DNA of 64,000 bases from Candidatus Burarchaeum sp. (GTDB lineage: Archaea > Micrarchaeota > Micrarchaeia > Burarchaeales > Burarchaeaceae), in contig JAUSNF010000021.1 of the NCBI GenBank assembly GCA_030646255.1, positions 9,340 to 73,339 of the forward strand, read 5' to 3'. Position numbers and translations under genes: made by a program. Below, piece by piece: positions 29,080-39,530 of this stretch. Each line of letters opens with the position of its first letter. Within the stretch, counting starts at the first letter, position 1. The notes beneath the pieces were generated by a model that saw only the letters and a list, made by a program, of their open reading frames with translations, was not told the DNA's origin and ran no database searches.

Positions 29080-29460
29080 TCACGCCGCATGCACGACAAT
29101 CCCGCCGCGCGGCTGCCTAAGTGCGAACTCAGTGAGCTTCGGAGGCGCAGACTGCGAATAGCTAATATTGCCTTCATTCATCACACTAGAAACAGTTTCC
29201 TGTGTTGAAACAGCAACAGCTGGCTTCTGAACTGGGGCAGCCTCCATCCTCGCAGGCCTCTGCTTGAGCAGCTCAGTCATCCGCATCTCAAGGCCTGCCT
29301 TCTGCTCGGGGCTCATGTTCTTCTGCAGGTTGCCCGCAAGCAGCTGGCGCGCAATATTCTTTATCCTGTACTCAAGGCTCTCTGCCTCGGGCGCCATCTC
29401 CCTAAACTCCTGCTGCGGCCTTCCCTTCTCCTTCATTGTTTCAGCGCCCATATGAACCAT
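29080..29460 (-). CDS. Hypothetical protein
   Basis: ORF only. Confidence 0.3.
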   Translation of the reverse strand: MVHMGAETMKEKGRPQQEFREMAPEAESLEYRIKNIARQLLAGNLQKNMSPEQKAGLEMRMTELLKQRPARMEAAPVQKPAVAVSTQETVSSVMNEGNISYSQSAPPKLTEFALRQPRGGIVVHAA

Positions 29461-29498
29461 AAACTACACTCGCCCGGGCAATATAAACCTTTATATTC

Positions 29499-29996
29499 TT
29501 GGGCAATGCATCTCAGACCATGCTCGACATAAGGAACACGGTGCTGACGTACGCGGAAGCGCGCAGGACGGCAAAGGGCGCGATAAGCGGCATCAACGTG
29601 AACATCTCGCTCGACGACGTGCTCGTGCGCGGCCAGGAGATAGAGATAAACTTCAAGTACACGGTCGAGTACGCGGAAAAGGTTGGCACACTTACAATGT
29701 ACGGCCTCATGACTGCATCGGGCTCGCTCGAGGAATGCCAGGCGCTTTCTAGGCAGTGGTCTGCAACCCGCAAGCTGCCCAAGGAGTTTGCCGAGGATGT
29801 CCTCAACACCATAAATTACGCGTGCGGCACGAACGGCACTTTGGTCGTGCGCGCAGTCAACCTCTCGCCGCCCATGGTGCCCCCGCGAATTACGGTTGCA
29901 GACGCCGGCGCATCCTCCACTGATGAGGGCGCGGCAGAGAAAAAAGAAAGCACGCCTGCAACTGAGCCTGCAAATGCACAACCAGGAGAAGAATAA
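29499..29996 (+). CDS. Hypothetical protein
   Basis: ORF only. Confidence 0.3.
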   Translation: MGNASQTMLDIRNTVLTYAEARRTAKGAISGINVNISLDDVLVRGQEIEINFKYTVEYAEKVGTLTMYGLMTASGSLEECQALSRQWSATRKLPKEFAEDVLNTINYACGTNGTLVVRAVNLSPPMVPPRITVADAGASSTDEGAAEKKESTPATEPANAQPGEE

Positions 29997-30273
29997 GCAC
30001 TTCCTATTCCTTTACATCAGCCGCCTTTCTCTCAAGCTCCTTTGATGAGCGCAGCACATCAGACATCTCTTCCATTAACTCTTGCTTGTCCCGCTTGCGC
30101 TTCTCAAGCGCATAATTGGTAAGGGGCAGCATTCCGAGCGCGCGCCTGAAGATGCCCTTCACAAACCTGAAAGGCGCGGCGATTATTGAATACCCGAAGG
30201 GCTCGCGTTGTTCCATCTTCTCACAGCACTGCTTCCGCATTAACCTTTTAAAATGGGACAGGAATAGTGCCCC

Positions 30274-31122
30274 ATGGTGCTCGAGCACATAATCTCAACC
30301 CAAAGGCTAGAGCGGAGCCCTTACCTCATCCTTTTCATCTCCTTCATCTTTGTCTCCTTCGCAGTATTCCTCACGCACTACTTCTATCCGAACGACCACG
30401 GCATGGTCGTAATTTTGCTCACGATCCTTCCCGCAATCCCATTCTTCCTTAACTTCATACGCACTGAGGAGCAAAGGCACGAGGTTGAAAGCGGGATGCG
30501 GCATAATATTTTCCACATATACAAGCCCCTCATCTCGCTCTACATATTCTTCTTCATCGGCACTGCGCTCAGCTTCGCGTTCTGGGCATCCATACTTCCC
30601 ATCGGGGTTTCAGATTCCATGTTCAGCGAATTGAAAGCAGAGTTATCCCTGGTGCAAGGCGCAGTAACACCTCCTGCGCTGACTTATGCCGGCTCGCCCT
30701 TTGAATTCATACTAACCCGCAACCTGCTGGTGTTCGCCCTCATGATCCTCTTCTCATTCATCTACAGCATCGGCTCAATATTCCTTCTAACTTGGAACGC
30801 CGCGCTGCTCGGCATGTTCATGGAGCAGTCAGTGCGCACCCAGATGCTCCTCATCTCGCAACAGTTCGGCCTCTTCGCCTATCCTGTTGCATTTGTCATG
30901 GGCTCAGTAGCGGGCCTCCTCAGCGTTCTGCCCCACGGCATCTTCGAGCTGAGCGCCTTCTTCATCGCCAGCCTCGCGGGCGGCATCCTGTCGGTCGCGC
31001 TCGAGCGCGGCACCTACAGGCGGCAATGCTTCTGGTGCATCATCCAGGACGCCTCGAAGCTCTTTATTCTGGCGCTGGTGCTGCTCGTGATCGGGGCAGC
31101 GATCGAAGGGCTTTACGCGTGA
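30274..31122 (+). CDS. Multi-pass membrane protein (DUF95/SpoIIM-like)
   Basis: Six or seven TM helices; composition and architecture. Confidence 0.4.
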   Translation: MVLEHIISTQRLERSPYLILFISFIFVSFAVFLTHYFYPNDHGMVVILLTILPAIPFFLNFIRTEEQRHEVESGMRHNIFHIYKPLISLYIFFFIGTALSFAFWASILPIGVSDSMFSELKAELSLVQGAVTPPALTYAGSPFEFILTRNLLVFALMILFSFIYSIGSIFLLTWNAALLGMFMEQSVRTQMLLISQQFGLFAYPVAFVMGSVAGLLSVLPHGIFELSAFFIASLAGGILSVALERGTYRRQCFWCIIQDASKLFILALVLLVIGAAIEGLYA

Positions 31123-31138
31123 AATAAAAAATTAGAAA

Positions 31139-31210
31139 CGCCCCGAGTCGGGTTCGAACCGACGGCCTACTGGTTAACAGCCAGTCGCTCTACCACTGAG
31201 CTATCGGGGC
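31139..31210 (-). tRNA. tRNA-Asn(GUU)
   Basis: Reverse complement folds canonically: GCCCCGA/UCGGGGC acceptor, anticodon loop CUGUUAA, T-loop UUCGAAC; oligo-T downstream. Confidence 0.85.
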
Positions 31211-31368
31211 AAATGGACCAAGGTCCCTTTGCTCAACCTCCTTTTATTTAGCTACGGTTTCTTGCTAGTTTCCCTTTTATTTAGCAAGGTTCCTTGCAGA
31301 CCTCCTTCACCCAACCTCCCTTCGCAGGAAAGGTTCACCCTTCTTTTCCGTCATGCCAAATATATAAA

Positions 31369-31746
31369 TCAAATCCTCGGCCTGCGCAGGTGGTAGTACA
31401 CCGTGCGCAGGGGCAGATGGAGCTTATGCGCAATCTCCGCGGCCGCAAAGCCCTGCCCGTGCAGCTCCTCAATCATCTTCAACTTCTCGCGCGCATGCAC
31501 GTGCGGCCTGCCCCTCTTCACCCTTTCAACCGCAATCTCAACGCCCATCTGCTCGAGCGCGGCAACTGCGCTCCTGGGCAGGCTCCCATATATTGCGGGC
31601 GAGCACATTATGCGCGAAACAGGCGCTTTTTGCATAATCTGCGCTAGAAGAACCGTGCTCACCTTTCTTTTCAGAAGCAGCTCAGGGTCGTGCGCCCTTT
31701 CCACTGCTTCGAGCACCTGCCTGTTGCTTCCCCTTATCTCGAGCAC
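31369..31746 (-). CDS. Putative HTH DNA-binding protein
   Basis: C-terminal AAEIAHKLHLPLRTVYYHL helix-turn-helix; overlaps the upstream ORF by 65 nt so the true start may be internal. Confidence 0.4.
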   Translation of the reverse strand: MLEIRGSNRQVLEAVERAHDPELLLKRKVSTVLLAQIMQKAPVSRIMCSPAIYGSLPRSAVAALEQMGVEIAVERVKRGRPHVHAREKLKMIEELHGQGFAAAEIAHKLHLPLRTVYYHLRRPRI

Positions 31747-33232
31747 CTTTCACCAGCTCCATGAACTTCTTCGCCCTTTCTCCGCCCGACAGCAGCGCCT
31801 CCACCTTTCCGCGCGCCTCGTACAGCTCGTCCTCTCCAACGCGGAAGAACTCCGCGCACCATTTCTCCTTTTTCTCGCTCCTCATCAAGAAGAGCGCAGC
31901 TCCGAACAAATCTCCCTTTATGCCAGCAGAAAGCGGCTCGCTGTCAATCTTCTCGAGCAGCAGCGCGCCCGCATCCGTCACACCCAACGCCCTGCTCACA
32001 GGCCCGAACATGCGCACCTGCTTCAGGCTCAAGGATGCGGACAAAGTTGGAAATATCGGCGCGCTCTCGCGCTTGCGCACAGGCGTGCTCATGTAGTACC
32101 TGAAGAGGTCGAGCGCAAGCGCCTCGGAAGCCGTGCGCGCGGCACTTGCCTTCAGCCACTTCCGCCTCTCCTCCACAGCATCAGCCAAGCCCTCGCCGAG
32201 CACATACCCTTCCTTGCCCTTGGCAGCCAGCCCTTTCTCAGCCAGCTGCTCCATTATCCTGAAATACTTGTCATCGTCATCCTCGAGCGCATTCAAATCC
32301 GCCATTCCATTCTTGGAAAGCACTTCGACATAGCCGGACAGCTTGCTATTCTTCCGGAGCTCAGCATCGAACTCCTGCGCAGCTTTTGCAGATGCAAGCG
32401 CGGAATAGGCGCTCGCCACGCAGGCGCGCACGCCTTTGCTCCGAACTAGCGAATCCTGGGCAGTCCGCACCTCAGTGGAAACCACGCGCGCCGCCGCACC
32501 ATAGGCGCGCCTCACGCGCTCCTCAATCTTCTGGTCGCTCAGCAGCCTTATCTTCTCCTGCACCTTCTTGCCGCCCACATCGCGCTCAATGGTCACGAGC
32601 ACGCTCCTCTCAAGCTCGCTTCCAGCAGCCGCAAGAGTTTCCAAAAGAACCGAGTATGCATGCACAGCATGCTCGCCGTGCTTAACAAGCTGCGCTATGT
32701 AATTGCCGCCGAGCGGCAGCGTCTTCAGCGCCTCGCTCCCGCCCCGCTCAAGCAGCCTGGCCGCAATCTTGTTCGCAGCAATCGCCACCATGAGCCTGTT
32801 CAGCGTGAACTTCTTGGCGTTCGCCAAATCTTTCATCTTGCGCAGCTGCTTCTTCAAATCAGAAAGCTCCGCTTCCTCCAGCTCCTCGGACTTCTTGGCA
32901 TCGCCCGCGCCGGTGAACGGAGTGCTGAACCCGCCCGCGCGCATCTCCTCCTTGAACCTCTCAAGCTCGTCAATGGTCTGAAGCGCCTCATCCACGCGCG
33001 CGGGCTCGGCTATCGCATCCATGAACTTGTTGGCCTGCGCAATCAGGCTGGCCGATGAGCTCGTTTCAAGCATTTTCCCACAACGGTAAAATTGTTGTAA
33101 AAGTAAGTTATATAATGGTTTTATAAAGGGGGGACGGCATAATGACCTACTATTCCTAAAGGTGCGCGCAATGCTGTTTAGACAAGTGCCAATCATTCCT
33201 CCTGAGCACCGCCCGCTCGCAAGGGCGGTCAA
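31682..33232 (-). CDS. Hypothetical alpha-helical protein
   Basis: Long ORF; probable start at the internal MLETSSS... Confidence 0.4.
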   Translation of the reverse strand: MTALASGRCSGGMIGTCLNSIARTFRNSRSLCRPPFIKPLYNLLLQQFYRCGKMLETSSSASLIAQANKFMDAIAEPARVDEALQTIDELERFKEEMRAGGFSTPFTGAGDAKKSEELEEAELSDLKKQLRKMKDLANAKKFTLNRLMVAIAANKIAARLLERGGSEALKTLPLGGNYIAQLVKHGEHAVHAYSVLLETLAAAGSELERSVLVTIERDVGGKKVQEKIRLLSDQKIEERVRRAYGAAARVVSTEVRTAQDSLVRSKGVRACVASAYSALASAKAAQEFDAELRKNSKLSGYVEVLSKNGMADLNALEDDDDKYFRIMEQLAEKGLAAKGKEGYVLGEGLADAVEERRKWLKASAARTASEALALDLFRYYMSTPVRKRESAPIFPTLSASLSLKQVRMFGPVSRALGVTDAGALLLEKIDSEPLSAGIKGDLFGAALFLMRSEKKEKWCAEFFRVGEDELYEARGKVEALLSGGERAKKFMELVKGARDKGKQQAGARSSGKGARP

Positions 33233-34199
33233 TGTGGTTAGCCGGCGCTGGGCGATAGGTCAACCATTTGACGACGCATTTGACACTTTCAGCAGCCTCA
33301 GCCGCGGCCAAGCGCCCAAGACGCCTCCCAGCAATTTTTTCAGCAAGCTTCTCGAAAACGAGCTGGTGCAGCAGGCGGTCGACGTAATTGCGTTTGACCT
33401 GGCGTTACAAAAGGTTTCCAACTTGCTGCAAAGCAAGCCTAAGGACGAACTGGCGCATTTCACTTCGCTATCATCCGAAGTTACGGAAGCCCTTGAATTC
33501 GCGGAAAATCTTTCCTCGGATTTTCTTAAACACTCGTCACATCAAAAAATCGCATATGTCGATCTTCTGCTTCTGCGTAGCCATGAGCTGCGTGATTGCG
33601 GCAACGCGCCCGAGGCGCTCCTCTACCTGGACGAAGCCATCTCCTTCGACCCCTCCCGTGACGATATACGCACACACAGGTTAGCGTTTCTGTATGAATC
33701 GTTAAACGCCTCAAGCGATTTGAAGTCTCCCGATGCCATTGAACTAGCAAATAAAGTGCTTGCAGACGCCACATACTTAATCGATAATGGGTTTGACACT
33801 GGAGGAATCAGGACAATGCGCGGATGCGCTTGTTTCTCGTTAAATGATATGCAATCTGCAGAATTGGATTTCCGCGAAGCCCTCAGAATCTTTTTGAACG
33901 TCCCAGTCAACACCGCTAATGATGTGATGATGGCGATGCTTGATTATTCCTACCTGGGCATCTTGAAATTCCAAACTGGAACTTTGGCAGAGCTCCCAAA
34001 AAGCAAACTGGTTCATTTCGAGAATGCATTTGACTTTTTTATGTGCGCCAAAATGGCAATCGAAAAGTCCCCAGTCCCGCTAATGGGTTTACCCAATAAA
34101 TTTCTTGGCTCGCTGGAGAATGGTTTGGCGGCGGCTAGCAGGGAAAAGCAGCTTGTCCTGGACGCATTGGCAAAATCAAACCAAACAGATCTTTCATAG
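33162..34199 (+). CDS. Hypothetical helical-repeat protein, AT-richer
   Basis: ORF only. Confidence 0.35.
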   Translation: MRAMLFRQVPIIPPEHRPLARAVNVVSRRWAIGQPFDDAFDTFSSLSRGQAPKTPPSNFFSKLLENELVQQAVDVIAFDLALQKVSNLLQSKPKDELAHFTSLSSEVTEALEFAENLSSDFLKHSSHQKIAYVDLLLLRSHELRDCGNAPEALLYLDEAISFDPSRDDIRTHRLAFLYESLNASSDLKSPDAIELANKVLADATYLIDNGFDTGGIRTMRGCACFSLNDMQSAELDFREALRIFLNVPVNTANDVMMAMLDYSYLGILKFQTGTLAELPKSKLVHFENAFDFFMCAKMAIEKSPVPLMGLPNKFLGSLENGLAAASREKQLVLDALAKSNQTDLS

Positions 34200-34204
34200 C
34201 CCGC

Positions 34205-35335
34205 CTACGGCAGGAACTTCTTCGCCTTAATCTTCTCCCGTAAATATTCACCAACGAATGAAAGGCGGGGACCCTGCAGCGCATCCTGCTCAAGCTTCTT
34301 CTTGGTCTTCAGCACGGTCTTCAGCTCATTCACCCATTCCTTGTGCCGCGCAATCCACGGGTAATCCATCATTTCCTGCGCCCTCTTCAGGTCAACCTCT
34401 TTTGCGTTAATCGTCAGCTTTCCAAGGAAGTCATAATCCACAATGTCCTGCATCGTCACGCCCACAAACCGCGCACTCGGCGTTGCGATGTCGTCCGCCA
34501 GATATGCCAGATTCATGCTGCCCGTCTTGATGGCCCAGTAAATGTACCAGCCCCACGCATCGCAGTCCGTGAAAACATAGACCGGCAGCTTCTTCTGCGA
34601 CAGTTTCTTGATTAGGCGCCTGCATCCGCGCGAGGCCTGCCCCTTGGGCGTAATCAGAATGCACCCCTCCTTCTTCCAGAACTTGTCCTCATTCAGCCTC
34701 TGCCACAGCGCGTCCTTTTCCACTACAAGCACATAATTCGCATCCACCTTCTCAAACTCCATTCCATTGTCCACATCGCTCGGAATGGCCCAGCCGCTCC
34801 TGCCCTGCTTTGCGCAGTCAATTTTCGTTTCATCCCCTCCAAACCTGTCCACCACCGTCATCTCACCCGCCACCACTCCCTTCCTGTCTGTATTCAGGTT
34901 CAAATCCTCTCTCTTGAGTGTGAGCGCCACTTCCAAATCTTCTATGAGCGGGTTCGACTCGCTCTGCTCCGTGAAAAGCTCCTCCTCCACGTCATCCCCG
35001 AGCGAGTACTTGAGCTGGTAGAACAAACCTCTGATTGAAGTGTGCGACTTCTCCTCCAAAAACTTCTTGCACTTTGAAGCAACCGCAACAGTCTGCATGA
35101 ACTTGCGCGCCTGCCCCACATTCACAAAAGTCCTCGTCTCCTTCTTCTCGCCCAGCCGCAGATAGCCGAAGCTCTCGTCATAGTTGATGTTGCCCCTGCT
35201 CCTCACCGCAGTTTCGAACTCGGGCGAGCTGCCCCTCATCACTTCTGCAATCATATTCTTGCCAAGCGTCTCGAGCTTCTCAAGCGCCGCCTCGCTGTCT
35301 TTTTTTGCCATAACAACCACCACAAACGACCGCAA
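34205..35335 (-). CDS. top6A: DNA topoisomerase VI subunit A (Spo11-like)
   Basis: RGLFYQ and VVEKDA toprim motifs. Confidence 0.9.
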   Translation of the reverse strand: MRSFVVVVMAKKDSEAALEKLETLGKNMIAEVMRGSSPEFETAVRSRGNINYDESFGYLRLGEKKETRTFVNVGQARKFMQTVAVASKCKKFLEEKSHTSIRGLFYQLKYSLGDDVEEELFTEQSESNPLIEDLEVALTLKREDLNLNTDRKGVVAGEMTVVDRFGGDETKIDCAKQGRSGWAIPSDVDNGMEFEKVDANYVLVVEKDALWQRLNEDKFWKKEGCILITPKGQASRGCRRLIKKLSQKKLPVYVFTDCDAWGWYIYWAIKTGSMNLAYLADDIATPSARFVGVTMQDIVDYDFLGKLTINAKEVDLKRAQEMMDYPWIARHKEWVNELKTVLKTKKKLEQDALQGPRLSFVGEYLREKIKAKKFLP

Positions 35336-35430
35336 TCATTTACTTCTTGCCATTCTTCTTCATCTCGCCCGCCATCACCTTTTACTTCTTGCCATTCCCC
35401 GCAGCCCTCGCCGCCCTTTCCGCCAATCGC

Positions 35431-37083
35431 CTACTCCTCGCCATTCCCATTCTCCCCATTTGCCGCATGCTCCACAGCAGCCGCCTCGCCCGCAATCTCC
35501 TCTAAGCTGGCCTCCTCAATGTGCTTCTGGTATTTTCCTTCGACAAGCGCAACCAGCTTCTTCTGAATCTGCTCGGCACTGCCCTTGCCCGACAGGTCAG
35601 CCAGGTCGCGCGCCAGCTGCTCCACATATCTCATAATAGCCTTCTTCTTGGCCTCGCGCTCGCCAACGCGCGCCTTGCCCCTCAGATGCAGCTGCACGTC
35701 GCGGCAGCACTCCATGACAGAGCGCTTAATCTCATCAAGAATTTCCTCCTCATCCGAAATGGCCTGCTTGCCCGCGCCCGTGTAGGGCACGTGCACTGAC
35801 ACGAAGTTCACGAATATAGTAATCGGCATGACGTCAAAGTCCCTCATGTCATACCTGTTCCAGTCAATCGAGTTGCACGCCTCGCTGATGGCGCACCCGC
35901 CTGCGTCAAACAAAAGCGGCGCCCTGTTCGCATACCTTATGATGCTCCCGCCCACCGCGCCCTCAGCAGTTCTCCTTCCTGCATTCCCTCCATAGGCAAC
36001 TGCGGCCTCGACCATGAACGGCACGCCGCCCCTGAAAACTTTGGGCTTGCGGTCGCCCACAACCATGAACTCGGGATTCAAAATATTCACGAGCGCCTTC
36101 TCAATCTGCTCCTTGCCAATTGGCCTGAGCGCGTCTGTCGAAGGCGCAATCCACTTCATCTGCTGGAATGCCTTTGTCATCTCCTCGGCCTCGGGCCACG
36201 TGAGCGCAGCCGGCTTCTTGTCAATGTCAAAATTCGGCATGACTGTGCGCAGCTCGTCAATCTTGGCCGCGCTCACGCGCGCGAAGTTGTTTGTAAGGAA
36301 GCTCGTGAGCTTGCGGTCCTCGGAGTGGTGGGCCATGTCTATGAGCTCGTGCGTGGTTATGCCGAGCGGATGCGGCAGGACCTCCTGCCCCTTCTGCGGC
36401 ACGACCGAGCTCGCGCGCGGGAAGATTGCGCTGTCGCCATCCGGGCCGCTGAATGAAATTTGCGCGTGCGGGTTCGCGAGCGCAGTGCGCTTTATGTACT
36501 CGAACACGCCGTACTCGCCCTTGTCGTACTTCACCTCGCCGAACTCGCCCTCCACGATAAGGCCCTTGAAATCGCCATCCACCGTCTTCTCGTTTGCAGG
36601 CAGCGGCCTGTTGGTCTTCAAATCAACCGCAAGGTCGCACTCGTAAACCTTTCCCGTGCCTGTGCCAGTCCGTATGTGCACCGGCTTGCCTGTAGTAATC
36701 TGTGCGAACATCGTGCAGCCAGATGCTCCAATTCCCTGCTGCCCTCGCTGCTGCATATACCTGTGGAATTTAGTTCCAGCCAGCATCATGCCCAGGGCCT
36801 TGCCCACAAGCTTTGGCGGAATGCCCGGCCCATTATCTTCAACCCTCACAATACAGTGGTCGCCATTGTTTGCAGACTCAATCTTGACTGAAATGTCCGG
36901 TAGGATGCCGCCCTCCTCGCACGCATCGAGCGAGTTCGTCACGTACTCATGCACGATGGTGGTGAGGCTCCTGGTCTTGCCCGCAAAGCCGAGCATCTGC
37001 CTGTTCTTGCGGAAGAACTCGGCAACCGAATGCTCGCGGAATTCCTTGAATATGGTATCTGCACTAGCCATGAAACACACCAT
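35431..37083 (-). CDS. top6B: DNA topoisomerase VI subunit B (GHKL ATPase)
   Basis: Bergerat fold: NSLDACEE and DNGPGIP. Confidence 0.9.
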   Translation of the reverse strand: MVCFMASADTIFKEFREHSVAEFFRKNRQMLGFAGKTRSLTTIVHEYVTNSLDACEEGGILPDISVKIESANNGDHCIVRVEDNGPGIPPKLVGKALGMMLAGTKFHRYMQQRGQQGIGASGCTMFAQITTGKPVHIRTGTGTGKVYECDLAVDLKTNRPLPANEKTVDGDFKGLIVEGEFGEVKYDKGEYGVFEYIKRTALANPHAQISFSGPDGDSAIFPRASSVVPQKGQEVLPHPLGITTHELIDMAHHSEDRKLTSFLTNNFARVSAAKIDELRTVMPNFDIDKKPAALTWPEAEEMTKAFQQMKWIAPSTDALRPIGKEQIEKALVNILNPEFMVVGDRKPKVFRGGVPFMVEAAVAYGGNAGRRTAEGAVGGSIIRYANRAPLLFDAGGCAISEACNSIDWNRYDMRDFDVMPITIFVNFVSVHVPYTGAGKQAISDEEEILDEIKRSVMECCRDVQLHLRGKARVGEREAKKKAIMRYVEQLARDLADLSGKGSAEQIQKKLVALVEGKYQKHIEEASLEEIAGEAAAVEHAANGENGNGEE

Positions 37084-37088
37084 TTTTC

Positions 37089-37490
37089 CTATCTCATCAA
37101 CCTTTCCTTCACGAATGAAACCAGCCGCTTGGCATCCTGCATGGCGCTCTCGGCTTCCGGGGCTTTCGCCATTCTCTCGCCATAGGCTACGTTATTCTTC
37201 AATCCGAGCAGCCGACTCAAATGCCTGGTCGCACTTTTTACTTGCGGGTCGTTTGGTGCGCAACTTATAAATAAGTTTACCGCTTCCTCATGCCGCTGGC
37301 TTCCACTTCTTTCTCCCTTGTTATACACGCAGAAGGCATCTGCGGCGGAAATCGAGGCGTGGACTGCCATAAGCATGCACACGTCCCATTCGCCCCTTTT
37401 TCCGGCCTCTTCCATCGCGTTGAGCATCTGCTCCGCCTTAGCCAGGTAATTGCCATACAGCTCCCTTTGCACCTTCACAGTTTCGCTCAT
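37089..37490 (-). CDS. HEPN-domain protein (toxin of a HEPN/MNT module)
   Basis: 133 aa all-alpha; 4-nt overlap with the upstream NTase gene. Confidence 0.6.
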   Translation of the reverse strand: MSETVKVQRELYGNYLAKAEQMLNAMEEAGKRGEWDVCMLMAVHASISAADAFCVYNKGERSGSQRHEEAVNLFISCAPNDPQVKSATRHLSRLLGLKNNVAYGERMAKAPEAESAMQDAKRLVSFVKERLMR

Positions 37491-38095
37491 GGCATCACGT
37501 AAATTCCATTTCTGGCCTTTTCTATTATCTCTGCAAATTCCGTCTCCCTTTGTACGCGACTAGCCACAACTATCGGCTGAAGCGTGTTTCCATATCGGAT
37601 CAAAGTTTCTGTAGACAGCGTCACCATTTCTTCCATTATATCGCTTCCTATCCGTACAGTTGATTTTTTGTTATACGTTTCTTTTTTCAAAACAATCAGC
37701 AGGTCTATATCGCTTCCTTCCTCTTCCCTTCTCTCTCCAACAGAACCATAAATCACCGCGAACTCTATGCTTTCCTTCCATTTTTCCAGTTTTCCGGCTA
37801 TCATTTTTTTCAAATCGGCATATGGGTTTGCGAGCGCCGCCAACCCGGCCAGTTTCTCACGCGCGAAGCTTTTCTCCTTCACAAACCATATTTTCGAGCC
37901 GCCCACCCTGGATGCGGAGACCAAGCCCGCCGACTCGAAGTCTTTCATGATTTTGTTTACCGCCACGTGCGACATGCCGAGCAGCCTGGCGATTTCCCTC
38001 TCGCTTGCCGCGGGTCCTCCCGTAAGCAGGTACCTCAGGACTTTCGGCTTTCCCCTGTCTCCCAGCAGCATTACCGCTACGTTGCGAAACTTCAT
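37487..38095 (-). CDS. wHTH-fused minimal nucleotidyltransferase (MNT antitoxin-type)
   Basis: N-terminal HTH (REIARLLGMSHVAVNKIM) plus NTase GS-x9-SDIDLLIV motif. Confidence 0.65.
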   Translation of the reverse strand: MKFRNVAVMLLGDRGKPKVLRYLLTGGPAASEREIARLLGMSHVAVNKIMKDFESAGLVSASRVGGSKIWFVKEKSFAREKLAGLAALANPYADLKKMIAGKLEKWKESIEFAVIYGSVGERREEEGSDIDLLIVLKKETYNKKSTVRIGSDIMEEMVTLSTETLIRYGNTLQPIVVASRVQRETEFAEIIEKARNGIYVMP

Positions 38096-38143
38096 GATTA
38101 GCTTAACACATGTTAATTTAAAAAGTTAACGGTTGTTAACCAT

Positions 38144-38737
38144 TCATCCAATTACCGAGATGCCCTTCTCAACCGCGCCCCTGTACTTCGAGCCCAGCTC
38201 CTCCTCGCTCGCTATGTGCGCCGCCAAACCATTCCCAAACAGCGCGCGGCACTCCTTATCAAGCTCAAGCAGGCTCCTGTCGAGCGAGCTCCTGAAATAG
38301 CCCTCATATCTAGTATGCGGCCTGAGCACGAGCAGCACCTCGATAGCACTGTCCCTTTCCTCCCTTCCTTCAGCAACAGGCCCGAAAAGCACAACCTTCT
38401 GCAGCTCCCGGTAGCCGCCTAGCCTGCCAGCCAGGAGCTCCACCAGCTTTTCAAGCGGCTCTTTTACCAATATAGGCACCAGCGCCTTGTACAGATAGCT
38501 CTCCTTGTTCACGCGCCAGAGCAGTGCATTGCCAACGTGCACGGGCGTGACGAGGTTCAACTCGTGGAACTCGTGCATAGCCTTGCTCACGGCCGTATGG
38601 GAAAGGCCCATCATCTCGGCCACCTCGCGCTCGCTGGCCGACATCTCCTCGTTGAGCAGGCGCAGGAGCAGCTTTACCTTGACCTTGGAGCCCAGCGCCC
38701 TCTCGTAGAACCTGTGGAACCGCATATTTTCGCCCAT
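38144..38737 (-). CDS. Paralogous wHTH-NTase-like protein with a degenerate NTase motif
   Basis: HTH (REVAEMMGLSHTAVSKAM) plus LFGPVAEGREERDSAIEVLLVL. Confidence 0.5.
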   Translation of the reverse strand: MGENMRFHRFYERALGSKVKVKLLLRLLNEEMSASEREVAEMMGLSHTAVSKAMHEFHELNLVTPVHVGNALLWRVNKESYLYKALVPILVKEPLEKLVELLAGRLGGYRELQKVVLFGPVAEGREERDSAIEVLLVLRPHTRYEGYFRSSLDRSLLELDKECRALFGNGLAAHIASEEELGSKYRGAVEKGISVIG

Positions 38738-38885
38738 TTAAGCCATTTTCAGCACTTTCTGTTTACATATGTAAATTTAAAAAGCTTCCGTTTGGCAACT
38801 TTAATTATACTTCTCTTTCAAATAGCTTTAAATAGGCGGAGACCCACATTATCCTACTATTTCCGGTTATGCTAGGTGCTGGATT

Positions 38886-39461
38886 TTGGTGTTGACTATG
38901 GACGTTAGGGTATTCTCCAACGAAGGCGACGAGCTGCGCTCGCTGATGCTGGAGCTGCACAATATGCTCACTGTGATCGAGGGTAAGCCTGAAACGACTG
39001 GGCCGGAGTTCATACTTTACTTCGGGCTGAACAGCAGAATAAGCGCGCTCATGAATGCGCCGGGCTTCGATGCCGAGGGAAGGGACGGCACGGGAACAAC
39101 CCATCTCATGGCGGCTGCGGGCCTCGGCCTCGATGGAGTGGTCAAGGACCTTCTGAACAAGGACGTCATCCCAACCGCATTGGATAATGCTGGGCGGGAT
39201 GCCCTAAAACATGCATCCTCAGCAGCCCCCTGCGAAGCCTCGTCTGAAGGCGAGATGTCTCCCTTTTCCAGCAGATCCCGAAGATACTTCTACACGATGA
39301 GTATCTTGCAGATTGCCATGGAACATGCAGGACAGGTTGATACGGACAAGTTCACAATATTTGTGAGAAGCAGAGACGCCAGTTCCCTTCCCGCACCCAT
39401 GAATTCCGGGAAGTCGGACAAGCAACCGGTCAAGCCAGCAATCAGGCCGCCAATCGCTTAG
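38886..39461 (+). CDS. Ankyrin-repeat-containing protein
   Basis: GTTHLMAAAGLGLDGVVKDLLNKDV...GRDALKHA ankyrin-like repeats. Confidence 0.4.
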   Translation: MVLTMDVRVFSNEGDELRSLMLELHNMLTVIEGKPETTGPEFILYFGLNSRISALMNAPGFDAEGRDGTGTTHLMAAAGLGLDGVVKDLLNKDVIPTALDNAGRDALKHASSAAPCEASSEGEMSPFSSRSRRYFYTMSILQIAMEHAGQVDTDKFTIFVRSRDASSLPAPMNSGKSDKQPVKPAIRPPIA

Positions 39462-39530
39462 CCTGCGGCCTAGCGAATACTTAAAAACCAGGGAGCGCAT
39501 ATAATCTAACTATTCCTGGGGTCGCCAAAC

